A stretch of DNA of 64,000 nucleotides from Camelus ferus (Eukaryota). This document shows positions 14,455-28,349 of the stretch, piece after piece (the stretch's first letter is position 1; every line of letters begins with the position of its first letter). The DNA lies in contig NC_045696.1 of NCBI RefSeq assembly GCF_009834535.1, positions 75,890,001 to 75,954,000 on the forward strand, given 5' to 3'. The position numbers and the translations under genes are program-made. The notes beneath the pieces were generated by a model. That model saw only the letters and a list, made by a program, of their open reading frames with translations, did no database searches and was not told the DNA's origin.

Positions 14455-15095
14455 CGCTCATCTGGTCTCCCTGCCTCCACCCTTGCCTCCCACAGGCTAT
14501 TTGTACAGCCAGCACATTTGTTAAAAGAGAAGCTGGACCACACCATTCCTCTGCTTGAAACTCCCCACCATCTCCCTCATCTCATCCAAATTCCTTGGAA
14601 ATACACAGCCCCAGGAGTTTCCCTCTATCCTCCTCTTCCCCCTCTCACCTTCCACAATCTCCCCTCATCTTCCATCTTCCTCCTCCAGCCGCACTGATCT
14701 CCTTACCTTTACGCACACCAGTGCACTTCTGCCTCAGGTCCTTTGCATTGGCTGTCTTCCCACTGGGGAAGCTCATGCTGGGAATCTGAATGCCTGGCTT
14801 CCTCACCCTCTCCAGGGGCTGTTCTATTTTAATTGCAATCACTCCTTGCCCTCAATACTTCCCACCCTCCTTAGCCTACATTATTTTTTTGTCATCTCAC
14901 TAATTCAGCCTTCAGAAACATTTGAAAAATTACTTATTCATTATGTTTATTGTCTGCCTTGTTGTACTAGAATGTAAACCTCATGAGAGAAGAAGATGTT
15001 TTTGTCTGTCTTACTAATTGTTGTATCCGTAACACCTAGAACAGGACCTGGCCTATGGTAGGTACTTAATAAATAGTTTAAATTAATAAATGTAG
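14455..15095 (+). mobile_element. L2a-like 3' end
   Basis: ctgcctcaggtcctttgcattggctg...ctagaatgtaaacctcatgag...acctagaacaggacctggcctatggtaggtacttaataaata. Confidence 0.8.
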
Positions 15096-17079
15096 CTATC
15101 TTATTAGGATTATTATTATCATTACATGGAGAGTAAATCTATTTTCCTAAGTCTTCCCCGTACAGATTCTGTCCCCAGTCCCATAATTAAAACAAAACCT
15201 AGTTACTTGTCACTATAACATTTTCAAAACAATGTGTCCCTCCAGAGAATTAATTAAGGACAAATAACTTAGCCAAATATTGCCCTGCATTGAGAGGTAT
15301 CTTGGGATTTTTACCATTCGGTCATTCTTATTTGAAATGCCCAGTTTTGGAAAATATTTTAAAAGTTATTTGGCATTCTAGCTGTTTCTCACTAACTTCT
15401 ATATCTGATCAAAGATGAATTTTTATGTGAAGCCACAAATGGAGAAAGCACCAAGACCTCGTCATGTCCCCTTGTCCTCCAGTCCCTACCTGCAGGCTGC
15501 ATTAGGTGATTACAGGGCCTTTATCCTATATTTGTGTGTCTGGTCAGCGGTGCCTCACCAAACCTTGATTTCTTGATTTTGCCTTACATAACCTGCTGCT
15601 TCTTGGCTGCTCACACTGATTTAGCTACTTGGCCTGATTAAGGCTTTGATTGGCATCAATATTTGTCTTTTAGAACTCTATTTGATTTAGCTTTTCTAAT
15701 TTGGTCCTATTACATCTTGTTATAATTTCTAATTTCCCTTTAGGGGTGTCTTGATGCTTGAGACTGGGGGCAGAAGACAAAAAGGAGACATAATTGCAAT
15801 GACATGGGTAGTGCAAAGATGACATATAAATTAAAAAATTAATTTAGAGGTTAAAGCACCCTGAACTCTTTCCTGATGGGATTGTCACATGGGAGAAACA
15901 GGAGAAAAAGATCCCTGGGATTTAAAATTATGGAGAATAAAAGTTGGTGAGAAATGAAGATTGTCTGTTTGTTCATTTGTTTAGTTCCTCTAGAGCAAAG
16001 AGACCATTACTTTTCTTTTGTGTCTTGAGTACTTAGCATCCTGTTCAGTTCATAGCCGGCATGAACAAATGTCTCTTGTAGAACATGTTGGTAAAGATCA
16101 TGCAGGGCACTATTAAAACTGGTGATAAGATTATTGTCATCATGTGGTGGTTTTCCATCAGAATTACATCATGACTAAGCAGTGAGCATAACCTAAGTAT
16201 ATGAGGAAAATGGACAAACAATATTCAGAAGGTCATTTTACCATGCTTTCTATGTCAGAAAAAGAAGTGGATATGAGTGAGCTAGAGAAAACCAGCTCAC
16301 CAGAGGCTAAATCCTTACAAAAAAAATCTCCCAGGGTTGAAGGAAGGATTAATTATGAGAATCTATTTATAGCACTTAGAAAAGGACTGCTGTAAGTGCT
16401 CAATACATGTTATTATTGGAAAGGTTGGCTACTATGTTTATTACTTGTAGAGCTTTTTAAGAACATATATTCCTGATTCTGACACACAGGACTTACTAAG
16501 TGTAGGCTCAAGGAGCCTTAGTATTAAAAGCTCCTCTGCTGACTCTAAAGGCAGTCACTGACCCTCCCCTTCTACGTCCCAGGGAGTCTGTGTGAGAAAG
16601 GCGTGACTGGGGAACTCTGAGCCTGCGTCCTACTCTGTTGTCCCTTATACCAGTCCCGGAGCCAGAGGGAGACAGGAGCCATGTTACGTTCCTTTTCATG
16701 TTCTGTGTCATTAGTCTTAGAAGTCTGACCCTTAATGGATTTCAGAAGTGGACAATCATGTTTAAGGGCATTGTCGTTCTTCTCACTTCAGATACTAGGT
16801 TTAGACCTTGGAAAAAAAAATCAACAACATTTTTGTGATTCTGGAGAGTGTGAGCCTGAAAGGTAGCTTAAAGAAAGACATCCAAATGCTAACAGTCCTT
16901 AGCGCTTCATAAGAATTTCCAACTCAAGGTGTTGAAAATGAACTTCATTATCTCTTCTTCTTATCTTGCTTCTCTTAGAGCATTTCCTTTCTTGGTTAAA
17001 TAACCTACAAGTCAACCAGTCTCCCAACTTAGAAACCTAGGGTTTATGCCTATCTACTCTTATTAACCCCCAAACAGTA

Positions 17080-17200
17080 GATTACTCATATATACATATG
17101 GATATAGATGTATAGCTATATATGAGCATATGTGAATATGATGTATATATGAATGTACATACATGACATAGATACACGTAAATATAGACAGATAGATATA
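17080..17200. repeat. TA-rich low-complexity tract
   Basis: Degenerate TATA/CATA/GATA repeats. Confidence 0.6.
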
Positions 17201-17369
17201 AAGAGCTCATGCAGCAGTCTGCTGCCCCAGCCCCTTTGACCGCCACACTGTCATCTGTACCACACCTCTCTCCTGCTTGAAGCCGTCCGTTGATTTTTTC
17301 CATGCCTGGAGGATAACGTGCAAACAGCTTGGTACAGACCCGAAGGATCTTCCTAGCATATTGGGAAAC

Positions 17370-17610
17370 AATATGCTAAGCAGTTAAGGAAATGAGCTTT
17401 GGAATCCCACAGAGCTGGGCTGAATTATCACTTTATCACTTCCTAGCTGTGTGATCTTGGGGAAGTAATCTTTCTATGGCTTAACTTCCTCACTCATAAA
17501 ATGGAGATGTTAATAATGTCCTCTCTAAGCATTTGAGAATATTAAATTATGTATGGTGCTTATCATACCTAGTAGAATAAGTGCTAAGTAAATGGTGGTA
17601 GTTGTCACTG
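17370..17610 (+). mobile_element. MIR (near full length)
   Basis: gttaaggaaatgagctttggaatc...cacttcctagctgtgtgatcttggggaagt...cttcctcactcataaaatggagatg...taagtgctaagtaaatgg. Confidence 0.8.
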
Positions 17611-18106
17611 ATGTTGTTATGATTAGTTGCAGGAACATACTCTATCTGCAATTTATCTTTTTAAGCCTATTTTTCTACTCCCCACTTTCCCATTTCTCTC
17701 CACTTCTGTCTGTTCTCTGTACTCCAGTCACATCGGGCTTCTCACCGCTCTCTGAACACACCCTTCTCTATCATAGCTCTGTGACTCTGCACACGTTGCT
17801 GCTACTTCTTGTATTTTACCTTTTCAGATTCTCTGAGCATGATTCATCGTAAAGACCTGCTTCAAACAGCGCCTCTTCTCTGAAGCCCTTTGAGCTTTCG
17901 CTCTTTATAACAGCACTCAGTTCACATTTCCATTATAGGTATCTTTATGTCTTAAAAACATGTATAGTGTTGTCAGCGGTGCTCTATTTAATCAAAGAGT
18001 AATATAAATAAACTGCAAGTGGTAAGAAATGTAATTATTTCAAAAATGAAATACTCTGTAGAACTGCAAGAATTTCTGTTGCATTTCAAGAGAGTTAAGA
18101 TCTCTA

Positions 18107-18160
18107 TTTGACACAACACTGTAAAATGACTCCAATTCAATAAAAAAAAAGGTAAAAAAA
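18107..18160 (+). mobile_element. Micro LINE-1 insertion (extreme 3' end plus poly-A) with perfect 19-bp TSD
   Basis: aagagagttaagatctcta at 18088-18106 and 18161-18179 flanks tttgacacaacactgtaaaatgactccaattcaataaaaa..., which resembles the L1 3' terminus at 12175-12215. Confidence 0.9.
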
Positions 18161-19339
18161 AAGAGAGTTAAGATCTCTAAGAAAAATAATGAGCAGGCAT
18201 GAAGCATTTTCATTATTTTTTTCTGAAGCTCCAAAATAAATTCTCCCCACTGAAGTTTCTTTTAGGGCTCTGTACAGTGCCTTATAATCTGATTCATCAG
18301 TAAATTGTTACTCTACCAATATTATCTGCAATACGCTTTTCCAAGTCCTAATCAGATCATTAAAAGTGTCACGCCTAATAAAACCTCATCCTGTCATATC
18401 ACACTGACAGATGGTTTTCCCATAGGAAATGAGGACTATCGATAGCATTCTTCATAGACACAGATTTTGGATAATGGTACTATGTCAGCAGATCCATTAA
18501 CAATTTTTTTTCATTTTGATGGCATGATGTCATAACTTGGCATTAATAACACAGTTTAAACTTAGTAAGCTATTCTAGAAAATCCTTGCTTACAAGTAAC
18601 GGACAACAATTTTGAAAAGTCTGTTTGGTTGCTGGCCATTTGTAGCAGTGGATGGAGCAAACTCAGAGATATATGGTGCTGTTTCTCCTTTCACCTGTAC
18701 CAGTGGACAGGTGATTGCCTTCAGGAAACCAGCAAAGGTGGGCGCTAATCAGGACTATTTCTCCATAACAGAAAGGACCTTCTCAGCCACCCAGCAGAGA
18801 GGAGGCTCTTCTAGAACAGTTCCACTGTAGACACCTTTCCCATCAAATATCACCCTAACATAAGTGTTTTCCTTCCTTCCTTCCCTTTTTTTTTTAACAA
18901 GAAATAAATATCTAGAAAATTTTAAATGAAATTATGTTTAAGATTACTAAGGGCCATTTTCTCATTTCCTATCAGTTTGGGGCAGGAGAAGACTATTTCC
19001 ACTGAGTGAGTATTTTTTAATGGCCAAGGATTTAGAAGCAATTTGAGATGTTTTTGGAAAATCAACCAGCAGGCTTGGGTTTTCTGGATTGTCAGATTTA
19101 CAGCTATGAAATAAACTGACTCTGAAAGTTTCTGGTTCCACAATCTACTATAACAGGAGGTTTTATGGCCAGCAGCATGGCTGCTTTAGAATGGCCCACA
19201 GCACATGATGGTATAAATATCCATTCCTCTCACTGTGTTTACTTAAAATAATAGTAGCCTTGTTTTAAAATTAAGTACTTGTTTTGTACTAAAGAAATAT
19301 ATCAGACACTTAATATGCATAATCTTTTAAAATATTTAA

Positions 19340-19480
19340 TACAGCTCCACTAAGAGAAACTGAGGCTTACTAATCTAGAAACTGGCCAAGGTCGACACGG
19401 CTGGTAAATGATGGTCTGAGTTTAGAACCCAGGGGTACTGGATCTAAATTCCCTACTTCTCTTCTAAGCTTCCTGCCTCC
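19340..19480 (-). mobile_element. MIR fragment
   Basis: agagaaactgaggct...actggccaaggtcgacacggctggtaaatg...tttagaacccagg. Confidence 0.75.
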
Positions 19481-19884
19481 TATGGTGAAGGGAATTTTAC
19501 TCTATTCTAAAAGGATTTTTTTTTTTAATTTCATTTTGAAGAGATCTATTATTTGGTGGTAATTTCTTTCCCCATGGACATTTTTTCTGACATAAATTTC
19601 TAGGAAATAGAGATTAAGGATAGAATATAAATCAACTAGCTCTACTTCAATGAACGGAATTTTTTAAAGATCTACTCTCCATTTTTTATGGCTTTTGTTT
19701 ATCAGAAAGCAATGGCTCTTTTATTCACAGTTTAGCTTTTGTGTTTTACATTTTTGCAGTGAGGTGGAATTCTAGGAACTTATCCTAAATATGTTTTGGG
19801 CAAAGAGCTTTTGTAGTCCAGAATTAACAAATATTTATGGATGATGATAACAATGATGTTTTAATGAGATGATACCAGAAAGGA

Positions 19885-20085
19885 TATTTAGTGAATACAT
19901 TATTTTAATATGTCTTGATATATACCACCTCTCTTAGTATTGTAATAGTTCTAAGAGCAAGGTATTACTATTTGTTTTTACATAGAAGAAAAGTAACTCA
20001 TCAGTAAAATAACTTGTCCACGGTCACATGGCTACTGAGAGGCAGGACTGGAATTTGAATCCAGGTGTGTCTAACTCCAGAGGTT
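19885..20085 (-). mobile_element. MIR
   Basis: aataacttgtccacggtcacatggctactgagaggcaggactggaatttgaatccaggtgtgtctaactccagag. Confidence 0.8.
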
Positions 20086-21437
20086 CTCCTTCTGTAATAT
20101 TCAATGCCCTGTCCAAAGAAAAGGGAAGAGCAGTCAACCAGTTAGCAGTGCCTTTAGTTAAAGGTAACAGAAACTCAACCGTGATGATGCAACCAAATAG
20201 CGATTTGTTGTTTTCACAGACCACGCAGTCCAGAGCCGAGCAGTCTGGCACTGGCGAGGCTGCTCAAGGAAGTCATGGAGGAATGAGGCTTCCGGTAACT
20301 TCTCATCTACTCTCCTTAGAATGTGGCCTCAATTCCTACGGTGCAGATGTGACTCCCCTTTACTGGCCCTCAATCCTTCACTCCAAACAAGAAGAAGTAA
20401 TGAATGTGAAAAGGAAAAAGGCTCATGTGAGCTGTATCTGCCTTGTTCTATCAAGAAAGTAACAGCTGTCCTAGCAGTGTAACCTGGTGAGTTCCACTCA
20501 CAAGGACAGCACTGCATGAGCACCCTTTGTTATAAGGGACCTGGGGAACTGATGTGGATTTTAGCTGCATACATTGACACCATGAACAAAAGTGGAGTTC
20601 TGTGAAAAAAAGGATAGATTTGTGCCAGGTAGCAGTATCAGGCACCAAAACTACAGCTGGGAAAACGAGAACTGGAGTTCTGTAAAAGATTAAGAAAGAA
20701 ATCTATGCAGCCTAGAAAGAGATGATTCATTATTTCTCTTTGAAAAATATATTGGATAACTAGATATAAAGGACCACAAGGGAGTTGTTTACTCAAATAC
20801 TTAAGTACATTCTCTGTTAACCTCCCTATTGGTCTAATTATTTGGGTACCAAAGAGAATTATCCTACTGATAGCTAGACAATCCCATTTATATTGCAAGA
20901 AAAGGCCCACTTAGTTAGGACACTCAAATACAGCATATTCAACTGGGGAAGTGTTCTCTTGGTCTGTAGGGTGATTTCAGAAGGAATCTATGGCCCTATC
21001 CATATCCAAGTCTTCAATAAATAAACAAATCAAGGCTGTGGACCCCAGACATTTTAAAACAGAAATCACTGTCACAGTGCTTTGGGAATCAAACATTTGC
21101 TTGACAAACCTCTGAGCCTACCAAAAAGAAAAAAGGAAACTTTCTGATGACAGAGTTCATATAATCAACTCTTGCTAAACTCGGCCTAGTTACATGGATA
21201 ATCTGCTGAGCCTTCAACGCTGAGACATGTTGAACATTGCCTGTTGATGAAAATAAGCCCCTTTCTTTTCCTCTCCAGCATAGACCTAGAAATTCATTAT
21301 AATTATTCTTTGTCTGTAAGATCCATGGATATGTGTGCATCTTATATACGTAAGGAATGTTGTAAAGAGGAGTTGATGAGAGGAAATTAGTGTCTCTTCC
21401 CACCTCAGCATCAAGCTTAACAACATAGAAAGAGCAG

Positions 21438-21522
21438 GTGTTACAGCACATGTGCTAAAATTGGAAGAATTACACAGCTCTGAGCATGGAGTGCTTGCAA
21501 ATTCACAAAGCCTTCCTCACTT
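21438..21522 (+). pseudogene. Degenerate U6 snRNA retrocopy with internal deletion
   Basis: cagcacatgtgctaaaattggaa vs U6 CAGCACATATACTAAAATTGGAA (21/23), then agcatgg, then gcaaattcacaaagccttcc vs GCAAATTCGTGAAGCGTTCC, all colinear. Confidence 0.75.
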
Positions 21523-24442
21523 GCCCAAGATTCCCTTGTGGATCTTTGTCTGACCCCATGCTCCCATAGCAGTTGCTACATCCTTGTATTAACATGCGCC
21601 TCACTGTATTTAATTATGAGTGCACATATTTGTCTTCTCCACAAGGCTGTGAGTTTCTTGAAGGCAGAAGCACTATATAGGAAATTGAACTTGAAAACAA
21701 TATGCAAGGGACATCTTGAATTCTCCATTTTTAGAATCTTTAACAATAGTTGTTTGGGCATAGAAATGTGTAGAGACAAGAGGCTAAATCAAATGACCCT
21801 TTCAAGACTCCCAGCTCCAAAAGTCTGTTTTAAAAGGAATTTATTTAAAAAATAAAATCAGAAAGCATCTATTTGGTTATCCAGAATAAAATGTAATTTC
21901 ATTTTCTCTCTACTACTTAATTGGCTCTTTTGCTGAAAGCACATTTAAATTCCGAGTCTCAATAAAGCTACAATGGTAATCATAAAAGATTTAAGAGTAT
22001 TATATCTCATTTCATAACTGCAAAACTACTGTCTAAATCCTACTTATTTCTATAGGCCTAAAACACTACCATAGGAGCAACATCTACTCTACTGATCATC
22101 ACTAACAGCTCTTAACGTTATTGAGAATCAAAACACCATCACTGCCATGTAGCTGGAAACACAGAGTAAAATTAGAAAGAGTATGTTAAATCATACGTTT
22201 CAGGGACATCTTCTCAAAGAGATTAATGTCAAAGCCTGCTCTTACAAAGGGACAGAAAAAGAGCTCAGACTCCTTCTGAGGGTTGTGAATACAGGGGGCT
22301 GTAAAACGATGCCCCCAAGAACTTGGAAATGTGACGATGAAACTGGCTCTGAGAGTTAAACTGAGAGATCAAAGCAGAGCAGAGCAGAAATATGCAACGC
22401 TGCCTCAAAGGGACAGAATGACTCATAGGCCTGCAGGGTTTGACTAAGGCCAGATTAACTGCATGAACATTTCTAAGGACACAATATTTTAGTCACAGAG
22501 GGTTTGTCAGTTACAGAAACACACAGAAAAAGTTAGAACCTGGAGGTCCCTTGGGTAATGTGGGCATCGCTTCTTAGCTAGATTGTCCTCAGCTTCTCTT
22601 GTAAATTTAATATGGTGAGAAAATGTTCTCATCATCCTCACGTTGATTAATCACTAAGCGTTGCCCTGGTGTGCATTTTGGCCTTGTGCACTTGAAGTTA
22701 AAAGTGAGTTTCTCTGATGCCAGTCTATCCTGTTCACGGTGACATCGTCAGGGTCCAGTATGGTGTCAAACACAGTGGAGGCTCAGTATTTTCCTCAGTT
22801 TGAGTTAATAGTCCTGACACTTGACAAGGGAGAACCAATGGGCTTTTCAGTCCAAGATTCTGGATACAAAGTCAGAAGTGACCTACTGATTATTACGATT
22901 ATAAACTGGGGAGGATTTTCAGCAATCCCATTTTATTGGATCAAACAATTAAATTTCTATCTTCAGGAAACTATCTAACCAAAATAGGAGCAGCCTGAAG
23001 GGAAAGGTGCCCCATAAAATGGAATGTAATGATTTTTTTAAAGTAGGGAAGTGACTGTATTAGGAGTTAAAAAGCAGGGGTTTGATTCTTCCCAGTAATT
23101 ATTCCTCTGAGCTTTGATGTCTTTTTACCATTTTGAACCACAGTTTACTCATTATCAAAATCAAGTATTGGAAATATGTAATCTCTGAGGTCTTTTCCAG
23201 GACAAAAATATCCTTTTCTTAAGAAAAAAAAGAAAAAAAGATAATAGGTTAGATCTCAAACCAAGGCTTCCAGCAGCAACTAGTACAAACTGGCAGCAAG
23301 ATTTCTAACAGTATCACATGACAAGTTTGATACATAAAAATCGTGATGACAGATCTATCATTCATGGGGTGCATATTCAGTAAGCATTTAAAAATATTTT
23401 AAGTATATTTATATTTAAATATGTTCAATAAGTATACAAAATGTAGATAATACTTGCATAAAGATATTCATGTATAGATAGTGTACACTGTTTGAATTCT
23501 GCAGGCCAATATCTTTAGCCTTTTCTAATAATAGTCAATTGATCATCTTCTGAACTATTTTTATTTTACATCTTCTTGCTGAATTCTAACTTACTTTTAA
23601 ATTATGAAGTCCAGAATTGACTACAATCTTAAGAACCTATCTATCAAGAGTATGGAATGGAAGAATAATGTTTTGTTTTTCTTCTTATATGCTCTGGTTA
23701 CATCTGAGTATCCAAATATCACACTAGTTTACATTTTGTCATTCATTAAAATGTTATCTCTACTTCCAAACTTCATTATAGCACTAATGGTACATGTTTC
23801 AACCCAGATTTTACACTAAACATTATTGAAGAGGCATTTTTCCATATTGTTATAAATTCTTCAAGTTGTTTAAGTGGCTTAATAATATTCTTTCATGTCA
23901 ATTGTACCATAACTTACTCAACCATTTCTTTTTATTTTCTTTTTGATCTTTTATTTTCTTGTTTTAGCTAATGAAAAATAAAATACATAAAATAAAAACA
24001 TAAAATATTGTCTTATGTCTTCTCTTTTTTATTCCTGATCAGTCTGGCTAGTGGTTTATCAATTTTATTTGCTCTCTCAAAAATCAGCTTTTGAGTTCAT
24101 TGATTTCTCTCTATTAATTTTCTATTTCATTGATCTTTATGTATTTCTTTTTTGCTTATTTTAGGTTTCATTTGCTCTACTTTTCTGGATCATAGGATGG
24201 AAACTGAAATCATTTGTTTGACATTTTTCTTATCTAATAGGGTTGTTTAGTGCTAACAATTTTCCCTCTAAATGCTATTTTAGCCACATCCCACAAATGT
24301 TGATATGTTATGTTTCCATTTTCATTTGGATCAAAATACTGCCTAATTTTGTTTCATTTCTTTTTTACTCAAAGAATATGTAGAAATGTATTACATAGTT
24401 TCCAAATATTTGTGAGTTTTCCAGGTATCTTTTTAAAATTTA

Positions 24443-24904
24443 CAGTTCCTCCTCGACTTTCGATGAGATTACATTCCAACAAACCCATCATAAGTTGATG
24501 ATATCATAGATCGAAAATGCATTTAAAATACTTGAACTACCAAACATTTTGCTTAGCCTAGCCTACCTTAAATGTGCTCAGAACCTCCCATTATCCTACA
24601 GTTGGGTACAGTCATCTAACACAAAGCCTATTTTATGATAAAGTGTTGACTATCTCACATACCTTATTGAATACTGTACTAAAAGTGAAAAACAGAATGA
24701 TTTTAAGTGTACTGGTTGTTGACTCCTGTGACACCTGGCTGACTGGGTGCTGCGGCTGGCTCACTGCTCAGCATCAGGAGAGAGTATCGTACCACATATC
24801 ACTAGCCTGGGAAAATATCAAAATTCAAAATTCAAAATAAAGTCATTATTAAATGCATATACGACCATCATAAAGTCAAACCATCATAAGTTAGGGGTTG
24901 TCAG
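24443..24904 (+). mobile_element. MER47/Tigger5-type non-autonomous TcMar-Tigger DNA transposon
   Basis: TA|cagttcctcctcgactttcgatg...accatcataagttaggggttgtcag|TA shows degenerate TIRs and a TA TSD. Internal gcttagcctagcctaccttaaatgtgctcagaac is typical of MER47A. Confidence 0.85.
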
Positions 24905-25271
24905 TATTTTAATTTCACTGTGGTCAGAGAATTCTTTGTATGACATTATTTTTTAAATTTATAGAAACTTGTTTTCTGACCCAGAATATGGTCTATTTTG
25001 GCAAATATTTCAAGTACAGTTGAAAAAAATGTTTTCCACTGTTGTTGAGTGAACTGTTCTATAATATGAATTAGGTCAAGTTGGCTGATAATGCTGCACA
25101 AGTCCTCATATATGTTGAATTGGTTGATAGTGTTGTGATTTTTCTGTCTATGAGTTCTATCAGTTTTTGAGAAATGGTTATTAAAGTCTTTGGTTATAAT
25201 TGTGGATTTGTGTTTTTTCTTGCAGTTCTCTCAGTTTCTGCTTCATGTATTTTGATGATCTGTAATTAAAT

Positions 25272-25565
25272 TCATGCTTTGCTATACTGCCCTTCACAGA
25301 TACTGTATTTTTTTACTCATTGAAGGTTGGTGGCAACCCTGCATTGTCAGATGATGGTTAGCATTTTTTAGCAAAAATAAGCTTAATTAAGGTATGTACT
25401 TTTTTTTAGACATGTTACTGTAAACTTAACAGACTACAGCATAGTGTGAACATAGCTTTTATATGCACTGGGAAACCAAAAAATTCATGTGGCCTGCGTC
25501 ATTTTGATATTTGCTTTATTGAAGTTGTCTGAAACCATATCTGTAATATCTCCAAGGTATGCCTG
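25272..25565 (+). mobile_element. Internally deleted Tigger1 derivative (Tigger1a-like), left end missing
   Basis: ttgaaggttggtggcaaccctgcattgtcagatgatggttagcatttttt...gcactgggaaaccaaaaaattc...atatctccaaggtatgcctg|TA right TIR. Confidence 0.85.
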
Positions 25566-27467
25566 TAGTTGTCTCATGTTTTACTTATTTATTTTTAATA
25601 CAATATGATGATATATGCCTTTTATTGAATATTTAGACCATTTATATTTTATATATAAGCCTACTATCTTGCAATTTGTTTTTTATGTATCTATTCTGTT
25701 CTTTTTCATTTTTCTTCTTTTACTGCCTTCTCCTGGATTAAGTAATTTTTATAATTTTATTTTATTCCTTTGCTTATTACAATAATTACTGTTATGTTAC
25801 TTATTGCCTTAGGGTTCATAGACTGCATCTTTAACTTTCCACAGTTTATCCTCAAGTGGTATTATACTGCTTCACATATACTGTAAGAACCTTAATATCC
25901 TCTATTTTTCTCCCCCACAACATTTCTATTATTGTTGCTGTACATACAACTTCTACATATGTTACAAACTCCACAGTACTTTGTTATTACTTTTGCTTAA
26001 AAGTCAATTATCTTTTACTATTTTTGATGCTATTCATTCTTTGTATATATCCAGATCCCCATCTGGTATGATTTTCTTCTGCCCTTAACATTTCTTATAG
26101 TGCAAGTCTGCTAGTGATGAATTCTTTTAGCTTTCCTATGTCTGAAAAAGTATATTGCCTTCATTTTTGAAATGTATTTTTGTTTGGTTAAGAGTTCTAT
26201 GTTGTCAGTTTTTATTTTCTGTACTTTAAAGATGTTGCTTGACTGTCTTCTAGCTTGTGCTGTTTCTGATGAGAAATTTGCTGTCTCCATTATATCTGTA
26301 CTTCTAAATGTAATGTGTCTTCTCTGGCTGCTTTCATTTTTTTTACCACTGTTTTTAATCAATTTGATTATTATGACTTTGGTGTAATTTTCTTTAAGTT
26401 TCTTTTTCTTGGGGTTGGTTGAGCTTCTTGAATCTGGGAATTTATAATTTTATCAATGTTGTAAATATTTCAGCCATCATTTATTCATATACATTTTCTG
26501 CTTCATTCCCTCCCTTCAGAGACTCCAATTATATGTGTATTAAGCTGTTTTAATTTTTTCCTGCATCTCAATGATTCATAGGATGCTCTGTTCACCTGTT
26601 AATGTTTGTTTTCTCTACATGTTTTATTTGAATGGTTTCTATCTCTATGCATTCATGGTCACTAATCTTTTCTGCAATGTTTAATCTGCCACCAATTCCA
26701 TTTAGTGTATTTTTCATCTCAAATATTGTCGTTTTCATCTCCAGAAATTCAATGTGGATCTATTTTTGAATCTTTTATTTCTCTACTTAAGCTAGTCAGT
26801 CTTTTCTCTAACTTCTTGAATGACTATATTTAATCATATAATGATTTTAATATCTTTGTCTACTGTTTACACCATCTGCATCATTTGGGGTCCATATCTC
26901 CTCTCTGCCTCCTTTCTGATACTCTGCCATATGGGCTCTAACCACCTTTACCTCCTTAAACCTCCAATTCAGGCTTCTCAACAAGGAGTGATTGTCACAC
27001 TGCTCCTGGGTCCCCCACATTGTGTAGTGTCCTAGAAACTTTTAAGACAATAAACTAAGGAAATTAGAGAGCTCACCTAGTTTGTTTAGTATCTCTTACG
27101 GATTAATGTCCTTCATTGTCTATTGTCCAATGTCTTGAGAATTATTGTTCTACATATTTTGCCCATTTTTATTTTGCTTTTGTTTTTGTTTTAGTAATTT
27201 CAGGTGAGAAGGTAAATTCTCTCTCTGCTGTTCTATGTTGGCAGGATGCAGAAATCTGAATTGATTTTTGTTTTTTGTCTTTTAGCTTTCACTTTAACTT
27301 TTAAATATATGTATATAAGTCAAATAGTTTCTAGTGACACCAATAATTTGCCAGGTACTGTTTTAGGTGCTACTAAAGATACAGCAGTGAATAAAGTAGC
27401 GAAGTATCTCTGCTTTTGATGAATAAATGCCTATCTCTTTTAGAGTAATGACTGATTCCTGAAACAC

Positions 27468-28305
27468 TGTTAAAAATTCTGTACCCCATTCCAACACATA
27501 TATATCGGGGAGAGGTGGTATCCCATACTACTACACAATTTTCCCACACCAGCTGGGTAACCTACAATTCAACTCAATTCTCACATCATCTACCTAAAGA
27601 TAGCATCAGATTTCAAGGATTAAGTTCTCAGTCCTGTAAGATTGCCCTTCTCTCCAACTTCAGACACCAATCACAAGTCCATGTTGCCACCTGTGCTTCT
27701 GACTGACCTACTATCCAAGTTTCCGATGACCCCCTCCTGGGTTTGGCCAATTTGCCCAAGTGGATCACAGAACCCCGAGAAGCATTTTACTCACTAAATT
27801 ATTGATTTATTATATATAAAAGGATATAACTCAGGAATAGCTGATGGAAGAGATGCATAAGACAAAGTTTGAGGGAAGGGAGTGGAACTTCCATGCCTCC
27901 TCTGAGTGGGCCATTCTTCCAGCACCTCCACATATTCACAAACCCAGAAGCTCTGCAAAATCCTTCCTGTTCAGTTTTTATGGAGGCTTCATTACAGGAA
28001 TGATTGACTAAATCACTGACCACTGCTAATTGAGCTCTATCTTTGAACCCTTTCCCTCCCTGGAGGCCAGAGTGTATGAGAGAAGTTTCAACCTTCTCAC
28101 TCACATTGTTGTTTCCTCTGGTGACCAGTCCCCATCCTTATGTGACCTGTGACCAAGGAGCATTCCAAAAATAACTGCATTAACATAACAGAAGACACCT
28201 TTATAGTGCTCATTGTTTAGGACACTCCAAGGGTTCTAGGAGTTCTGTGCCAGGAATAGGATGAAGACCAATTATATATTTCTTGTTATAAATCACAATA
28301 TCATA
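27468..28305 (-). mobile_element. MER21-family solo LTR
   Basis: Reverse strand begins tatgatattgtg...atatataattggtcttcatcctattcctggcacagaactcct. Internal caccagctggg...caattcaactcaattct and tttttatggaggcttcattac. Confidence 0.85.
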
Positions 28306-28349
28306 ATTGTGTTACAAGAGAAAGCAAGGTATCTACTGTAATCATGTAA

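Larger units (their letters stand above)
23940..27260 (-). mobile_element. Old LINE-1 (5' ORF2, ORF1 region) interrupted by two DNA transposons
   Basis: cagtctggctagtggtttatcaattttattg; acccagaatatggtctattttggcaaat; tttctgatgagaaatttgctgtc; gagcttcttgaatctg. Confidence 0.85.

Noticed and set aside
14555..14977. 140-aa ORF
   Set aside because: Lies in a decayed L2 3' region, with no recognisable domain or splice context.
18729..18748. CTCF-like word ccagcaaaggtgggcgcta
   Set aside because: Spacing does not fit the CTCF core without gaps.
20028..20462. 144-aa ORF
   Set aside because: Starts in a MIR and runs into probable old LTR-like sequence. No recognisable protein.
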